A stretch of DNA of 64,000 nt, from contig OZ024744.1 in assembly GCA_964016885.1 (NCBI GenBank), positions 38,564,001 to 38,628,000 on the forward strand. The letters run 5' to 3'. A model generated the notes under the pieces. That model saw nothing but the letters and a program-made list of their open reading frames with translations, made no database searches and was not told where the DNA came from. The position numbers were made by a program, and so were the translations under genes. Positions 1 to 13,160 of this stretch are shown piece by piece. Every line of letters starts with the position of its first letter. Position 1 is the first letter of the stretch. The DNA is from Eledone cirrhosa. Taxonomy: Eukaryota.

Positions 1-851
1 AGTCTGTAAAGGTTGCTGGTTTTGTATTCAAAATGTGTTAAATAATCGCGTTCCTTTTTAGTTAAGTCTTCCTGGTATCGACAAATGAATGTATTTAATC
101 TGGTCGTCGTTTTTGATTGCTGGTACTTTTTTACTCTTTCATAGTAGCGATAGGATTCTGGCTAGAGAAATATCCCAATAACCACATTCACAATGGAATA
201 CAGCCAAGATCAACTCCCATTTCTGGACATCTTAATCTTAATAAAAGACACAAATATTGAAACTGACATACACTACAAACCAAGAGATTCCAAACATTAC
301 CTGCTATTCACCTCCAACCATCCAAAGCACATGAAGACGAACATCCCTTTTAACCTAGCAAAAAGAATTTGCACAATTGTCCCCAATTATGAAACGCGAA
401 ATAAAAGACTTTAAGAATTAAAGGAAATTCTACTCGAAAGACAGTACCCACCATTACTAATAAATAATGGAATAGAAAGGGCTAACGCAATAGGCATTGA
501 TGAATTACGAAAACAGAAACAAATTCAAGGTACGTCCTATATTCTATCATATATCTCAACACACAACCCAAGAAATGCGGAAGCTTACAACACCATTCAC
601 AAGAACATCCCACTATTGAAACAAGACCCAAGAATGAAAAAGGACCTTGAAACACACAAAATAATCAAAAGCAAAAGACAACCGAAATCACTGAAAACAT
701 TACTCATCAATGCCAAATTACCTACCACAAACCCACAACAACTGTCAAAAAATGTGGTCGCTCTAACTGTGGAACCTGCACTCACCTCTTTGAAGGCAAC
801 ACGTATACATTTCAATCAGGACACAATTTTGCTGTAAAAAAATCACTTCAT

Positions 852-1140
852 TTGCTCATCAAAAAATCTACCATTAAATGTAAAGGATGCTATAAAGATT
901 ATATAGGACAAACTAAACTCACACTCAGAAACAGAATGATAGTTCATCGACAACAATTACGAGATCCAACCACGAGACAGATACCACTAAGTGCATATCT
1001 AGACATATGCGCAAGTAATAAGACACCCAAATTCCAAGTTTTCCCATGTTATCTTTGTGCTGACAATACAACAGAATGAATACGAATAAATAAGGAAAAT
1101 ATGTTTATTCAAAAATATAGACCAGCATTAGATATAGTTT
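852..1140 (+). pseudogene. GIY-YIG endonuclease domain remnant of the Penelope-like element
   Basis: IKCKGCYKDYIGQT...RNRMIVHRQQ motif, interrupted by a stop at 1079. Confidence 0.8.
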
Positions 1141-1261
1141 AATACACATTATGTTAACACCATAACATGCTAACCATCCAAACAGACACATACACACACA
1201 CACACATAACACCTTCTACTTTAGAAAATAAAATCTAGAACTAAACAACATACGTTAATAC

Positions 1262-1660
1262 ACCTTAACATACTAACCACACACCCACACACACATAACT
1301 CCCTCCCCCATTTCTACTAACCGAAGCATTTTCCGACACACACACACAAAAATATATATATATATTCTCTCCATCTTAACATACTAACCATACTCCCACA
1401 CACACATACACACACACACAAAACACCTATACACACACACACATAACTCCCGCCCCATTTCTACTAACGGAATCATTTTCCTACACACACGCACACACAA
1501 AATATATATATTCTTTCCATCTTAAAATAATAACCATACTCTCACACACACATACACACACACATAACACCCATACACACACAGCTCCCTCCCCCATTTC
1601 TACTAATAGAATCATCTACCTATACACACACTCACACACACACACACACAAGTACACAAA
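1262..1660 (+). repeat. About 3 imperfect tandem units of ~110-140 bp in the PLE 3' region
   Basis: Recurring TAACATACTAACC...CCCCATTTCTACTAA blocks with CA runs. Confidence 0.7.
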
Positions 1661-2252
1661 TAAACATACATATCTCTAGTTTCTTTATTTCAATAGAAAG
1701 TCTGAATTCTGACACCCTAGCGCACCAGCCATATTCACTGAACCAGAACAATTCTCCCATCCCATTTTTCTTGACCATTTTCTTTTGTTTGACAGAAAAT
1801 TCTCTAAATGGCTAAAAATAAATTCCAAAATACGGGCGCGAAATTTAATGTACTTGTTCACGTGACAGTCATAATTTCATTTATAACCAATAAAATTACA
1901 TTTATTTTAAAAAAAGCCTTGGTGAGCCAACTTTTTTAAGGAAAAAGAAATTCAAACACTAACTGGTGCGAAAGCTGATGTGCTTATTCACGTGACTGCA
2001 TCAACCAACCAAACTTCACTCATATATGAAAAAACAACCTGAGCCTCCCCTTTGTTTGAAAGCAAATATAATAAGAACTTTTAACGCGAACTGGCGCAAA
2101 ATTTATTATACTTATTCACCAACCAACCAACCAACCAAAATACTTCTCTAAAAACCTGGCATTTCGAGCCACTTTGTTCCATATAAAACAGAAGTAACAT
2201 TCAAAGACCAACCAGATGTGAGAAAAACCACAAACCCTCCATCTCAATTCTA

Positions 2253-2288
2253 CTTTTGAAAAGCAGAAGAACTGCGAAACCGGTAAAG
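2253..2288 (+). ncRNA. Minimal hammerhead ribozyme motif (PLE type, U3-A8 variant)
   Basis: ctt-TTGAAAA-gcag(aagaa)ctgc-GAAA-ccgg-TA-aag: stem I, core, stem II and palindromic stem III (ACCGGT). Confidence 0.6.
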
Positions 2289-2528
2289 GAACCAAATAAA
2301 TATATATTTTAAAAAATAATACTCCAGTTGCATTTTCGATTTCATCTTTTTTCCTTATATATATATATTAATATATATAACCAAAGTTTTGTCACCCTGT
2401 CTTCCTCCGGTTGCAATGTTTTTTGAAATATTTACTTCTGCGTTCACAGATTGACTTTTTTAGTTTCAGAAGATCCCGTTAAGGGTGAAAGCAGCGATTC
2501 TTTGCGTAAGCTTTAATCTGTTATTTTA

Positions 2529-2532
<4 letters not shown>

Positions 2533-2598
<66 letters not shown>
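2533..2598. repeat. (TA)n microsatellite
   Basis: Direct observation. Confidence 0.95.
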
Positions 2599-2600
<2 letters not shown>

Positions 2601-2859
2601 GAAGTTTGTCAGGAAAGTAACAGTTAACTAGTGTGTTGTGGGAGCTGTGAGTGGGATATTAAGCTGCATATTATCTGGGGATTATATAACTGCGATCTCA
2701 GCTCTTTGCAATCATTGAATGTTTTTTTTCGCGTACTTTTGTTAGCAGTTCGTCAAGTTTAAGCCGTCGAGCGATGGGAAAGGGGCAACGAACCAACCTG
2801 AAGTTTCTGGTCTGGCTGGGGAAAACTCCGTCAGTAGCACTTGGAATACTGCAGCAAGT

Positions 2860-4903
2860 ATACGAACTTGAGACGATATAAGCTCACATATCAATGAGTG
2901 CCACAAAGCGACACAAAACGGTTCACAGAGGCACGATAGAGCAGGAGTACGGCCCCAGGCCTTAAACAAGCAGAACTTCTTCCAACGTAGTGATGATGTC
3001 AGGGATATTACACTGGTCCGTGTATTGCGAGGCACCGAATGTTGGACTGACCATCGTCTGGTGCACGCCAAGTTTCAATATATTGTGATGCCTAAAGTTA
3101 GGGGGAAGAAAGATGCCCTTCCAAAACGACTAAACGTGGCTCGTCTGAAGACAGAAGTCAGGGCTGAAGTCTCTTGAGTCCATGGAATGTGAAAACATAT
3201 GGGAATCATTGAAGAAAACTGTCTATGATATTAGTGTTGGAGCTTTAGGTCATACCAATAGAAAGCATAAGGACTCATTGCTGTGTGAGACACGTTCTGA
3301 CACAAGTGACCTCAGCTTCAACAGATCAGGGACGGTAAGGAATTGCTCAGAGATCCGAAGAAAATCCTGATCAGGTGTCATGACCACTTTAATGAGCTCC
3401 TCAACAGACCATCAGAAATCGATAATGAGTTCATCTGGTCGATTCTATCCAGACCTACAAAGCTGGCAATGGCTGATCCTCCTTCATTTGAGGAGGTAGC
3501 AAAGGACATTGCCAAATTAAACAGTGGCAAATCACTTGTAATGGATGGACTGAATGCCAATATCTTCAAGTGTGCTGGTGATATGAAGAAGAGGTACTGC
3601 AGGACTGGAAAGATGCAGTGATGCAAAGGAAATGGAGGTAAACTGTCTGAGCCAATCTCGGTTGAAAATGGTGTCAAGCAGCTTTGCCATGGACTTCGCA
3701 ATGGTGTTCTTCATGGCCTTCAAGGATTGTCAACACGGTATCTATCTCAGATATCGCATTTTCAGCAAGCTGTTTAACCTCAGGCGTCTCACTGTTACCA
3801 CTAAGGTACTGAGTACCTTGATCAGAGAATTTATGTATGCAGATGGTTGTGATCTTTTTGCACACACCCAGAGTGACATGCAACACCTTATTAATTCTTT
3901 TTCAAATGCATGCAGTGTTTTGGGACTGACAATCATGCTGAAGAAACTGTCGTCATGTACCAACCTGTTCCGAATAAAGTTTGCAATGGACCTTCCATGT
4001 ATGCATATGATCAAAAGCTGAAGGTTGCTGACAGATTTATGTATTTGGGGAGTACTCTGAATGTGACCTGCTCTCTGGATGCAGAATTTGGTCTGCGCGT
4101 TAGCAAAGCAAGTGAGTCATTTGGAAGGCTCAGCGACCGTCTTTGGTGCGGGTGAGGAATCACAATGAAGACCAAGGTGAAAGTGTATCCTGCATGTGTA
4201 CTGTCAGCATTGCTCTATACGTGCGGCATATCAAAAGACTGGAACGATTTCACCAGCCAGCAGTGTCTCAGCAAGAAGCTCGGTATCAAGTGGCAGATGC
4301 ATGTGAGTGGTGTTGAAGTCTTTGAGAGAAGTGAGTGTCGGATTATTGAAAGTATCATCCATCAACGACGTTTGCGATGGACCGGACACCTCTGCAGAAT
4401 GGAGGACGATCGAATCACGAAACAACTTTTGTATGGAGAGCTTTATAAAGGTAAGAGACCACCCCACAAACCAAAGCTCCGATTCGTAAAGATTGTGTAA
4501 AGGACTCATTGGAAAAAAAACTGATTTGATGGTGGCTGATTGGGAGATAGAGGCTCTTGAAAGAGAAACTTGGCTTGGAATGGTGAATGATGGGGTCCAT
4601 AATTTTGAGGACAGATGCATAGAGCACGAGAAGATCAAACAGAATGTGCGTAAGCAATGCCCTGGTGTATCTCTCGAAACGATCGGTGTCTCCATTAAAT
4701 TGGTGTGGCCTGAGTGTGGAAAAATTTGCTAGAGAAAATCTAGTCTCAAGAGCCACAGTCACAGCTATGTTCAGAGAGAACCAGGTAAGTATGATCTCCA
4801 GGGTGCGAAGGAGTGCAAGTCTCTAGCAGGCTTCAAAAGCCATATCCAAGCGGCACACATTTGACAAGCCGTTGCAATACTCTTAGCAGAACTTGCAGCC
4901 ATC
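2860..4903 (+). mobile_element. Degenerate, internally deleted RTE-clade LINE
   Basis: Fragments: EN end WTDHRLV, RT YADGC (YADD-like), KTKVKVYPACVLSALLY, RLRWTGHLCRMEDDRITKQLLYGEL, C-terminal PECGKIC zinc-finger remnant. 3' end GCAGCCATC followed by (ATGT)n. 5' boundary approximate. Confidence 0.85.
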
Positions 4904-4917
4904 ATGTATGTATGTAT

Positions 4918-5250
<333 letters not shown>

Positions 5251-5923
5251 TTGGAATATATATGAGACATAGAAACAGGGTGACAGGTAATATTGTGCAT
5301 ATTTGTACGTGCATATATGAGTGTAAGCATCTGTCTGCGCCTTTGTATACAAATGTGTTAAAACTAATTTTATAGCCATATTCTCATATTTATTTACTAG
5401 TTTCAATGATTAGACTTGTGGCTTTGCTGGGGCAACGCTTTGATTTACTCCACCACATTGATTCCAATACGATAAGTTAAGGGGGTCAACATTGTCATAC
5501 ACTGTGTCACACAGTGTTTCCCCTAGAACTACGTTAACGATGCGCATGTCTATGGAATATTCAGCCATTTGATTTTTAATTTCAAGAGCAAGATATTCCA
5601 TGGTTAAAACTACTGGAACGCTTGTTGTTGAAACCGATGACAATTCAACACACACACACTGCTGTCTTTCAACTCATAAAGGACTTACTTGTCAGACTCA
5701 GAATTGTATACAAAAAAGAGGGCCATTGATTTAACGAGCATCTTTCATCATAAAAGCATTACAATCAGAGCTAACCTTGGGTTAAATCACAACTACCACA
5801 ACAACAATAAAAGAAGAACATTTGTATTTTACAGTCTATCACGCCCATTTTATGTTTCTATATGTTTCCTATATCCCTTTTGTCAACGTTTCCGTTGTAT
5901 ATATCTTCTGCTTCGCGCACTTC

Positions 5924-5961
5924 TTTTATAGGTCTAGGTCTCTCTCTCTATATATATATAG

Positions 5962-5998
<37 letters not shown>

Positions 5999-6253
5999 CC
6001 TAGACCTATAAAACATATGTATATGTGTGTGTGTATATATATATCACACCTACTCTCTCACTTTCCTTCTTCACCTCACCTCTCTCTCTCTCTCGAGAGA
6101 GAGAGAGAGAGGGGGAGAGGGGGGAGAGAGAGGGGGGGTGAAGAAGGAAAGAGAGAGAGAGTAGGTGTGATATATATATAATATATAATATAAATTTTTT
6201 TAGCAATCTGTATATATATATAATATATAATATATATATACAGATTGCTAAAA
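5924..6253. repeat. Three adjacent fold-back palindromes
   Basis: 5924-6013 TTTTATAGGTCTAGGTC../..GACCTAGACCTATAAAA; 6034-6180 ATCACACCTACTCTCTC../..GAGAGAGTAGGTGTGAT; 6198-6253 TTTTAGCAATCTG../..CAGATTGCTAAAA. Confidence 0.9.
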
Positions 6254-6825
6254 TAATTTACTATGGAGATATAAAAGATACAGAAGCGAAAACCAACCCA
6301 AATTTTCTTTCAAATGCTATATATTTAACGAATTGCCCGAGTCGTTAGAGCGTAGAACTGAATACCTTCCGATATTCGTTCTGCCTCTGCTCTTTGACTT
6401 CAAATCCCATCGAGATGATCTTCAGTGCTTATTTTTTAAAAGTTTTAATAGAAGTGAATTTTGAAATAAGCAATAGATTTTATATATAACATTATTTATG
6501 TTTAATCAAGAGCTACGAAATTTAGTTGATAAATTACATAATATTCATTCATGATCTATTAAAAGTGATCCAATTTATTGATTAAAAGAAAACAAAATTG
6601 TCAGTTTCGCAGTTCTCCAATCATTGCATTTAATATTATTAGCACAAATTAAAAGTTTAAGCAAATAATCTCTAGAATGAAAGCAGAAATTATTTGCTTA
6701 AATTTTGGATCCCTGCTAATAATAAACATTTGCTCTACAGGTTTATATATATATACTTTTATATATATATACAACCCCTATCGAGACCTCTCTGGATTTT
6801 TGTGTTTGAATTTATTATTACTACA

Positions 6826-6834
<9 letters not shown>

Positions 6835-6921
<87 letters not shown>

Positions 6922-6945
6922 GTGTGTGATGTGTGTGTGTGTGTG
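6835..6945. repeat. (TG)n microsatellite
   Basis: Direct observation. Confidence 0.95.
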
Positions 6946-7031
6946 CAAAAAATAATCTGAAACAATAAATCAAGCTACACAATATGATGGAAAAATATAT
7001 TAGTTTAACAACTGATATAGTAGGAAAAAAG

Positions 7032-7068
7032 TATTTACGTTTCGAACACTAGACCTTCATCAGAAATA
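7032..7068 (-). ncRNA. Minimal hammerhead motif in a probable PLE 3'/pLTR remnant (~6950-7200)
   Basis: Minus strand tattt-CTGATGA-aggtctagtgttc-GAAA-cg-TA-aata. Canonical core boxes and palindromic stem III (ACGT); stem II is decayed. Confidence 0.6.
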
Positions 7069-7219
7069 GAATGAGAATTAAAATATGAAATAGAAAGATA
7101 AAGAGTAAGAGGAAGGAACGGTAAAAATGTTTTTGAGAAAACCCACGTTTGTTCAGTCAGCCTATGGGAGAGAGGGGTATATGTATGAGCTTGTATGTTG
7201 GTTTATGTGCTCGCCTGTG

Positions 7220-7357
7220 CATTTATCTATTTATTTATCACTCAATCTATCTATCTATTTATCTATCCATTTTTCTATAAATCTAATTATCCATTTATCT
7301 ATCTATACATCTATCTATTTATCTATCTAGACATTTATCTATCTATCTATCTATATA
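7220..7357. repeat. Imperfect (TCTA)n microsatellite, target of Tx1 copy 1
   Basis: Direct observation. The tract resumes at 11641. Confidence 0.9.
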
Positions 7358-10300
7358 CATTTCTGTTGAGTGTAGGAGGCCTTCATGTTACCACTGTTTA
7401 AGCAGTGGTCACCTGCGGGCTTCCTGTCCTCAATTAACTACCCTGAAAAAAAAGGCACTGCAGCCAACACCTGGAACAGCAGCACAACCATCACCACCAC
7501 CACCACCACAACAACAACAACAACACACAAACATAACCAAAACAAGCACATTCCCACCCAAACCATCCCCACCTAAAACAACTCCAAAAACACCCACATG
7601 CATAATAGCTCCCCAAAACGTACCCCTCCCCAATCACACAGATGCCACAACGGACGAGTCCCCCTCATCATCACCTAATGATGATGATGGAGAACCCCTC
7701 CGCGCCAAAAGAAACAAAAAAAGACATAACACGAACAAAAAGCCAACAAACACACAAACAAAAATCCCCCCTCCTGAAAACAAAACAACGACAACACTCC
7801 AAACACAAACACCTACAACAAAAAGAAAACACACACAAGAACAACAAACAAAAACCAACACAACACAACAAGAACATTGCACATACACATATATAAACAC
7901 TGAAAACAAAACTCTAATGGAGGTTATCTCCAACAACCTTTCGGTGAAAACCGAAGGGAAAACTTTTTCGTACTATCTGGAAAGGCCTAATTTTAAAATG
8001 ATTAGAGTCCCAATGGACACATACAAATCTTTAAAAGAAAACTTTCCTAAGGAAGTGGGTAATTTCTGCGTGAAACACTATAACCGCGTCCTTTTGAAAT
8101 GTTTCCCCAGACACTCCCACCCCACACACCCCCACCCCTCCCCACCAACCATCTCCGTCCCCACCCCGCCAGAAACCACCACCCCCACCAAACAACCCCT
8201 CCAACACCCCATGGAAATTGTGCAGCCTGGTCCCCAGGAGACGAATAGGTAAGGTGATTTCTTTTCCTCTTCTTTTAACTTTTCAGCACCAACATGGCCA
8301 ATATAAGAGTTGGATGTGTGAATGTACGCGGCCTGGGATGTCCTGGAAACAGAGCAAACTCTTAAATGACCTCAGGTCGCACAGTATGGATGTAGTAGCC
8401 ATTTGCGAGTCAGGATTCACAGCGAGCGACAACTGGCTCCCATCTTCGACGACTTTGAGATCTACGCATCTCTCTGACAGCCGGGAGGTGGCATTGAGGT
8501 TGCCGTTTTGCAGCTGAAACACCTGGACCTTGTAACACAGACGGTACATCTGGACCCGCAGGGTCGACTCGTGGTCCTAGACGTTGACGGTAGAGAAGGT
8601 GGAGCCTTCAGGCTGGTGGCCACATATGCCCCATCCGAGACACCGCGGCCAGACTTCTTCAAACGTCTAGAGATTATCTGGGAACGTCTCGATCCCTGCT
8701 GTTAGTGGTGGACTGGAATGGAATCCTAGATGCACGTTTGGTCTATGTGGAAGCATGTCCCGATAGATGGGCGTGTAACAGCCTCAAACAGTTAATCGGC
8801 CGATTTCAACTGGCCGATAGATATCGACTAGATTTTCCAACTGTGCCACTGTGGACGTGGACCAACCATAGCGGAACATTTGGATCGCACCTAGATAGCT
8901 TTCTAGTTAGAGTTAGTGATAAGGACATGTTAAGCTGTCAACAAATGTTCCTGGTTGCCTATTCAGATCACAAACTAGTGACCTGCTTAATCAACCTTGA
9001 CAAAACCCATAGGCAGGGACCTGGCTACTGGAAACTGAACTTGTCGTTACCGACATGCAAAGCTTACAGTAGACGGATTAGCACGTTAGTTAAGCAGCAC
9101 TTGACGGGGGCCATTGTCAACAACAGATGGTGGTACTCTCTCAAGATGGCAGTTAGATTAGACTCGATAGGTTTTAGTAAAGAATTAGTGTTAGATAGAA
9201 ATAAGACCGAAAGGGTACTGGTAGATAAAGTAGAAGATGCACTTAGGAGTGGCAACGTAGCCAGCGTGCTAGCGACGAGAACGGCCTTGGAGCAGTTCTT
9301 CGACGCAAAGCATGAAGGCTGCGTTGTCAGGAGCCAAATACGTGCTCTGGGAAACGAGGGAGCCAAAACTGTTAGCTGGGCCCGAGTGACGGAGGTGAAA
9401 AGTGGCAACACGTCCACGATTCGGTCTTTGAAGGACCAAGACGGACGCGTGATACGTAGAGCCGAAGCAGATGTGCGCGGCCTTTCAGCGGCACTTTGCT
9501 CAACTGTTCGGGTAGGGTGGCGCACCGGGAAGGGCTATGGATTTCGGTCCATACCTCGACGGCCTGCCGCGACTCTCGGACAGCGAGGCGAAGTTCTGCG
9601 AGGCCGATTTCGGCCGATGAGATAGGGGACGCGCTGAGCCAATGCGGCAAACGCTAATCTCCAGGTCTCAACGGTCTACCCTACGAATTTTACGTAGCAA
9701 TGCCGGACTTGTTCTCCGGTCTCCTGGAAGCGGTCTACTCCAACTGGCAGCAGAACGGGAGAATTCCCAGTTTCTGTGACCAAGGGCGTAGTCACGTTAG
9801 TCAGGAAGGATGAGAATAAGGTTGATGACATAGGCAACTTCCGGCCCATAACTCTGCTAAAAACAGAGTTACAGATTTTGGCCAAGGTGTTGGCAAAGAG
9901 GCTGGCGCTTGTCGCAAAAAACCTGGTGGGAGAAGCTCTCCTCCCTTCTGTACGTGCTGACTCTCGAGCCACTACTGCGGAAGTTGGAGCTATTGCAGGG
10001 CATCCCTTTGGAACCGGGACTGCGAAAAGCGACGACGTGACAGTAATGGTGTCGAGCACCTCGCAAATCGGGGAGGTCGGCACCTTACTGAAGGAATACG
10101 AAAGGTTCACAGGAGCGAAGCTGAACCGGGACAAATCCGTCGGTTTGCAACTCGGAACGTGGAGAGGCAAACAGATGATTTCCGATGGCGTCGTCGGACG
10201 CTGAACGGAAGGATCGGTAAAGCTGCTCGGGGTCTGGTTTGGTCCGGACCTCCAAGTGGAGAAAAACTGGAACAAGGTGACGGCCAAGGTGTTTGCGCTA

Positions 10301-11640
10301 CACAGAAGACGGCCGAGTGCAAACTATCCTTCAAAGGTCGAGAGGAGGTGGCGAACACTTTTATAGCGTCCGTCATCTACTACCGCTTGACCGTCGTGCC
10401 TTGTCCAGCCAAAACGCTCACCAAAATGGAGCGCGCGCTCTTCCAATTCCTTTGGAAGAAACGGGCTCATTTGGTGCGAAGAGCCATCTGCGAAGAGCCA
10501 TCTGCTTCAACGGAGGACTAGGGGTGCCGTGGCTGACGATGCGCAAACACGCGCTCAGGCTGCGGCACGTCCACATATTCCTCACCGGACAACCGCTGTG
10601 GGCCCCGTTCGTGAGGCGAGCCTTCCGACGACTCGTCTCGCTGACCGAGCTGCAGTCCTGGGTCAAGCAAAACCGAGGAAAATGGGCGACTGGCACATCG
10701 AATGTGCTCAGGCGCTCACAGTCCTCTGACAAACGGACCCGGCGATCAGTGGAGACTCCACTTCGTCATTCTATAGAGGGTTGGTCTGTAGCATGTATGA
10801 TAACGCACTCGGAGAAACTCTAGGCGTCGAGGAGGACGAACTGGCCAGTCTGTTCGGTAGGACCATCTGCCCGGGACCGATGGACAACTTCCAAAAGTCC
10901 CTGGCCTGGCAGTACCACCGAGGAGCTCTACCAGTTCGAAACAAGCTCTACAGACATTGGCACCCGGGCAAGGACCCTTCGGAAAAGATCTGTCCGAGAT
11001 GCGTGCGCGACGAGGAAACCGTCGCGCACGCATTTGTACACTGCCCGGGCGTTACCGACCTGTGGGGCTATGTAGAACGACTTTTGTCGCGGGTGGGACC
11101 AATCCAGTTGACCACCGTGTCCATCGTCATGATGAAACCGCCACCCTCCTTCAAAAAACGAAGGAGAGGCGGTTTTCCTATGTGTTATGGCTATGGTGAA
11201 AGAGGTTTTATGGTGGACGAGGTAAAAAGGGCTGAGGTCAGACACCTTTCTCTTCGGCGAGCAACTGATTCGTTTTTTCTAATATCATTTTGGAAGAAGA
11301 ATCAGGATGGAGAGAGAGGTGATGTACCCCAGCAAATTTTATAAAAGGTGGGTGAATGTGGCAAAGATGGCCCGAGTAGTTGGGCCTTCTCTCTATATAA
11401 GCCTGTAGGTTGAGGAAAAAGAGGAAGAGAGGAAGGGAGTACTAACTCTTGGTGCTCCTGGAGATGAAGGTTGTACATTTTTTCGGGGTGTGTACAACCC
11501 TGTCTAACGCCTCCTCCCTATTGGGGATTTCAATTGTTATTTGTTATTTTATTAATAGTTTTATTTTCATATACCTGTATGTAAACTCCCCATTTGTATT
11601 TGTCCCCTTCTTTTGTGCCCTTGTGACTAATAACGAAAAT
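7357..11640 (+). mobile_element. Tx1-like (L1 clade) non-LTR retrotransposon copy 1, 5'-truncated and degenerate
   Basis: ORF1 3' part, APE endonuclease (VDWNG, YSDHKLV, GPGYWKLN), RT with a deletion at ~9935, CPRC..ETVAHAF.HC zinc knuckle, 3' UTR. Approximate TSD TATCTATCTATATA at 7344-7357 and 11641-11654. Confidence 0.93.
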
Positions 11641-11949
11641 TATCTATCTATATATATATCTATCCATCCATTTATCCATCTATCTATTTATCTATCTAAC
11701 TACTCATATCTTCTCTTTCTCCATGTCAATTCAATTTTCATTCATCCCATTTCAATCCGTTTATCTCCCACCCCCCACCGCCTCAAAATTACAACAAATT
11801 ACAATGTATAAACAGACAAGGTAGAGAGCAAAATTTTACGGTCGAGGCTCCGTGACAAAGGCTAAATTGGCGACAGGGCGTCAAATTTATTTGCCCCCTC
11901 CTTTATATTACAGTAAGGAATTCCCTCTAATCCTATTCATTGTGCTTAG

Positions 11950-12330
11950 TAACACCACTAACATCATCATCATTATCATCATCATCACCATAATAATAAT
12001 AATAATCATCATTATCAACACCACCACTTCCATCATCTTCGCCACCCCAACCAACACCACAACCACCACCACCACCACTAATACAACAACAGCACACTTC
12101 AACAATTACGCACATACACCAGCACCTTCTCCGACACTACAAACACTATGTCCACAACTATAGCCATCACCAATTCCATCACCTTCACAATTATAGTCAC
12201 ATCTACACACAGACCTGGATTACAACCACCAAAACCACGTGTTTAAATCCCTCCCCTAATAGTACAACCACAACTATATCCACCATCATAACCATAACTA
12301 CTGCTTCACTTTCATCACTATTACAACCAA
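11950..12330. repeat. Low-complexity (CAT/CAC/AAT)n trinucleotide region
   Basis: Direct observation. Confidence 0.8.
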
Positions 12331-12335
12331 CACAA

Positions 12336-12529
12336 GGTTGTGGATTGGCAGTATCGGTAGAGGGTAGGACGCCATGCTTTGACGCATAGAGTTACGGCCC
12401 TTTATGATATGAGTTCAAATCTCGCCGTGGTTAACTTTGCCTTTCATCCTTACGGGGTTGATAAAATAAAGTACCAGTAATGCACTGGGATAATTGCTGG
12501 CCTTGTGCCAAAATTAGAAACAACTATTA
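12336..12529 (+). mobile_element. tRNA-derived SINE (octopus OK-like)
   Basis: A-box TGGCAGTATCGG, B-box GAGTTCAAATC, body CTTTGCCTTTCATCC..GATAAAATAAAGTACCAG, tail GGCCTTGTGCCAAAA.TAGAAACAA. Several copies in the window. Confidence 0.85.
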
Positions 12530-12890
12530 CAACCAACACAACCAGAAATGTGACCACCACATCTACTACAACCACCACCGCCGCCGCCACCACTATCACA
12601 ACTATGTCCTATACACACCACAATTGTAACCAACACAAAAAGGATTCTGGCCACCACCAACACCACCGTTATTGGTTAATACTCTTCCCGCTAACATCAA
12701 AACCACATCATAAACATGAACAAGCGTGGAAATTCCTACGTGGTTCCATGACAAGCGTAAAATAAGAGCTGCATCTCCCTCCGCAACACTCATAAAGGGA
12801 AACGATTACATTAGATCAAGAATCAAAAACATATTTTCCATTTTTTTTTCTTTGATTTTACTTTTTTCAGTTTTGCTCATGGCCTGCATA

Positions 12891-13160
12891 CAAGGGCCTT
12901 GTTTCAGGGGTGTACCAGGGGACAAGCCCCCCCCCCCCCTCCCCTTCACTTTTTCAAACGTCTATATTCTATATTTTATTTAATTGATATAATAAATTCT
13001 TTCTAAACCTATTCTTTTATATCTGAACTTCATTTGAATATATAAAATTTTACTTATGTGATAGGGTCCAGGAAACACAGCATAAGCAATTTATGTTCCT
13101 TTAAGGATCAACAAATATTGATTTGACCCCCTCACATTTTTAAGGCAAACGAGGCCCCTG
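12891..13160. mobile_element. hAT-type MITE (270 bp)
   Basis: TIRs CAAGGGCCTTGTTT / AAACGAGGCCCCTG and a perfect 8-bp TSD CCTGCATA (12883-12890, 13161-13168). Confidence 0.85.

Larger units (their letters stand above)
1..2360 (+). mobile_element. Degenerate Penelope-like element (RT thumb + GIY-YIG endonuclease + 3' region/pLTR) with an inverted upstream segment at 1-~160
   Basis: Plus-strand fragments FTMEYSQDQLPFLDILI..SNHPKH (193-414) and CKGCYKDYIGQTKLTLRNRMIVHR (852-1079) are PLE thumb and GIY-YIG motifs. The minus strand of 1-160 reads YYERVKKYQQ..LTKKERDYLTHFEYKTSNLYRL, like the PLE region just before the GLPKIHK motif. Ends in a hammerhead motif then (TA)n. Confidence 0.85.

Noticed and set aside
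2462-2511. Hammerhead-like CAGAAGA-tccc..ggg-tGAAA
   Set aside because: Core mismatch and imperfect stem III; at best a dead relic.
5410-5690. 81-aa minus-strand ORF with protein-like composition and a nearby GTAAGT
   Set aside because: No recognisable motif and no consistent exon structure. A homology search would be needed.
6330-6435. tRNA-like A/B boxes
   Set aside because: Looks like a decayed SINE head; no cloverleaf.
8255-8295. Acceptor TTTCAG just before the ORF2 ATG (possible spliced ORF2 mRNA)
   Set aside because: The AG is present at this position only in copy 1. Other copies have CAC/CAA.
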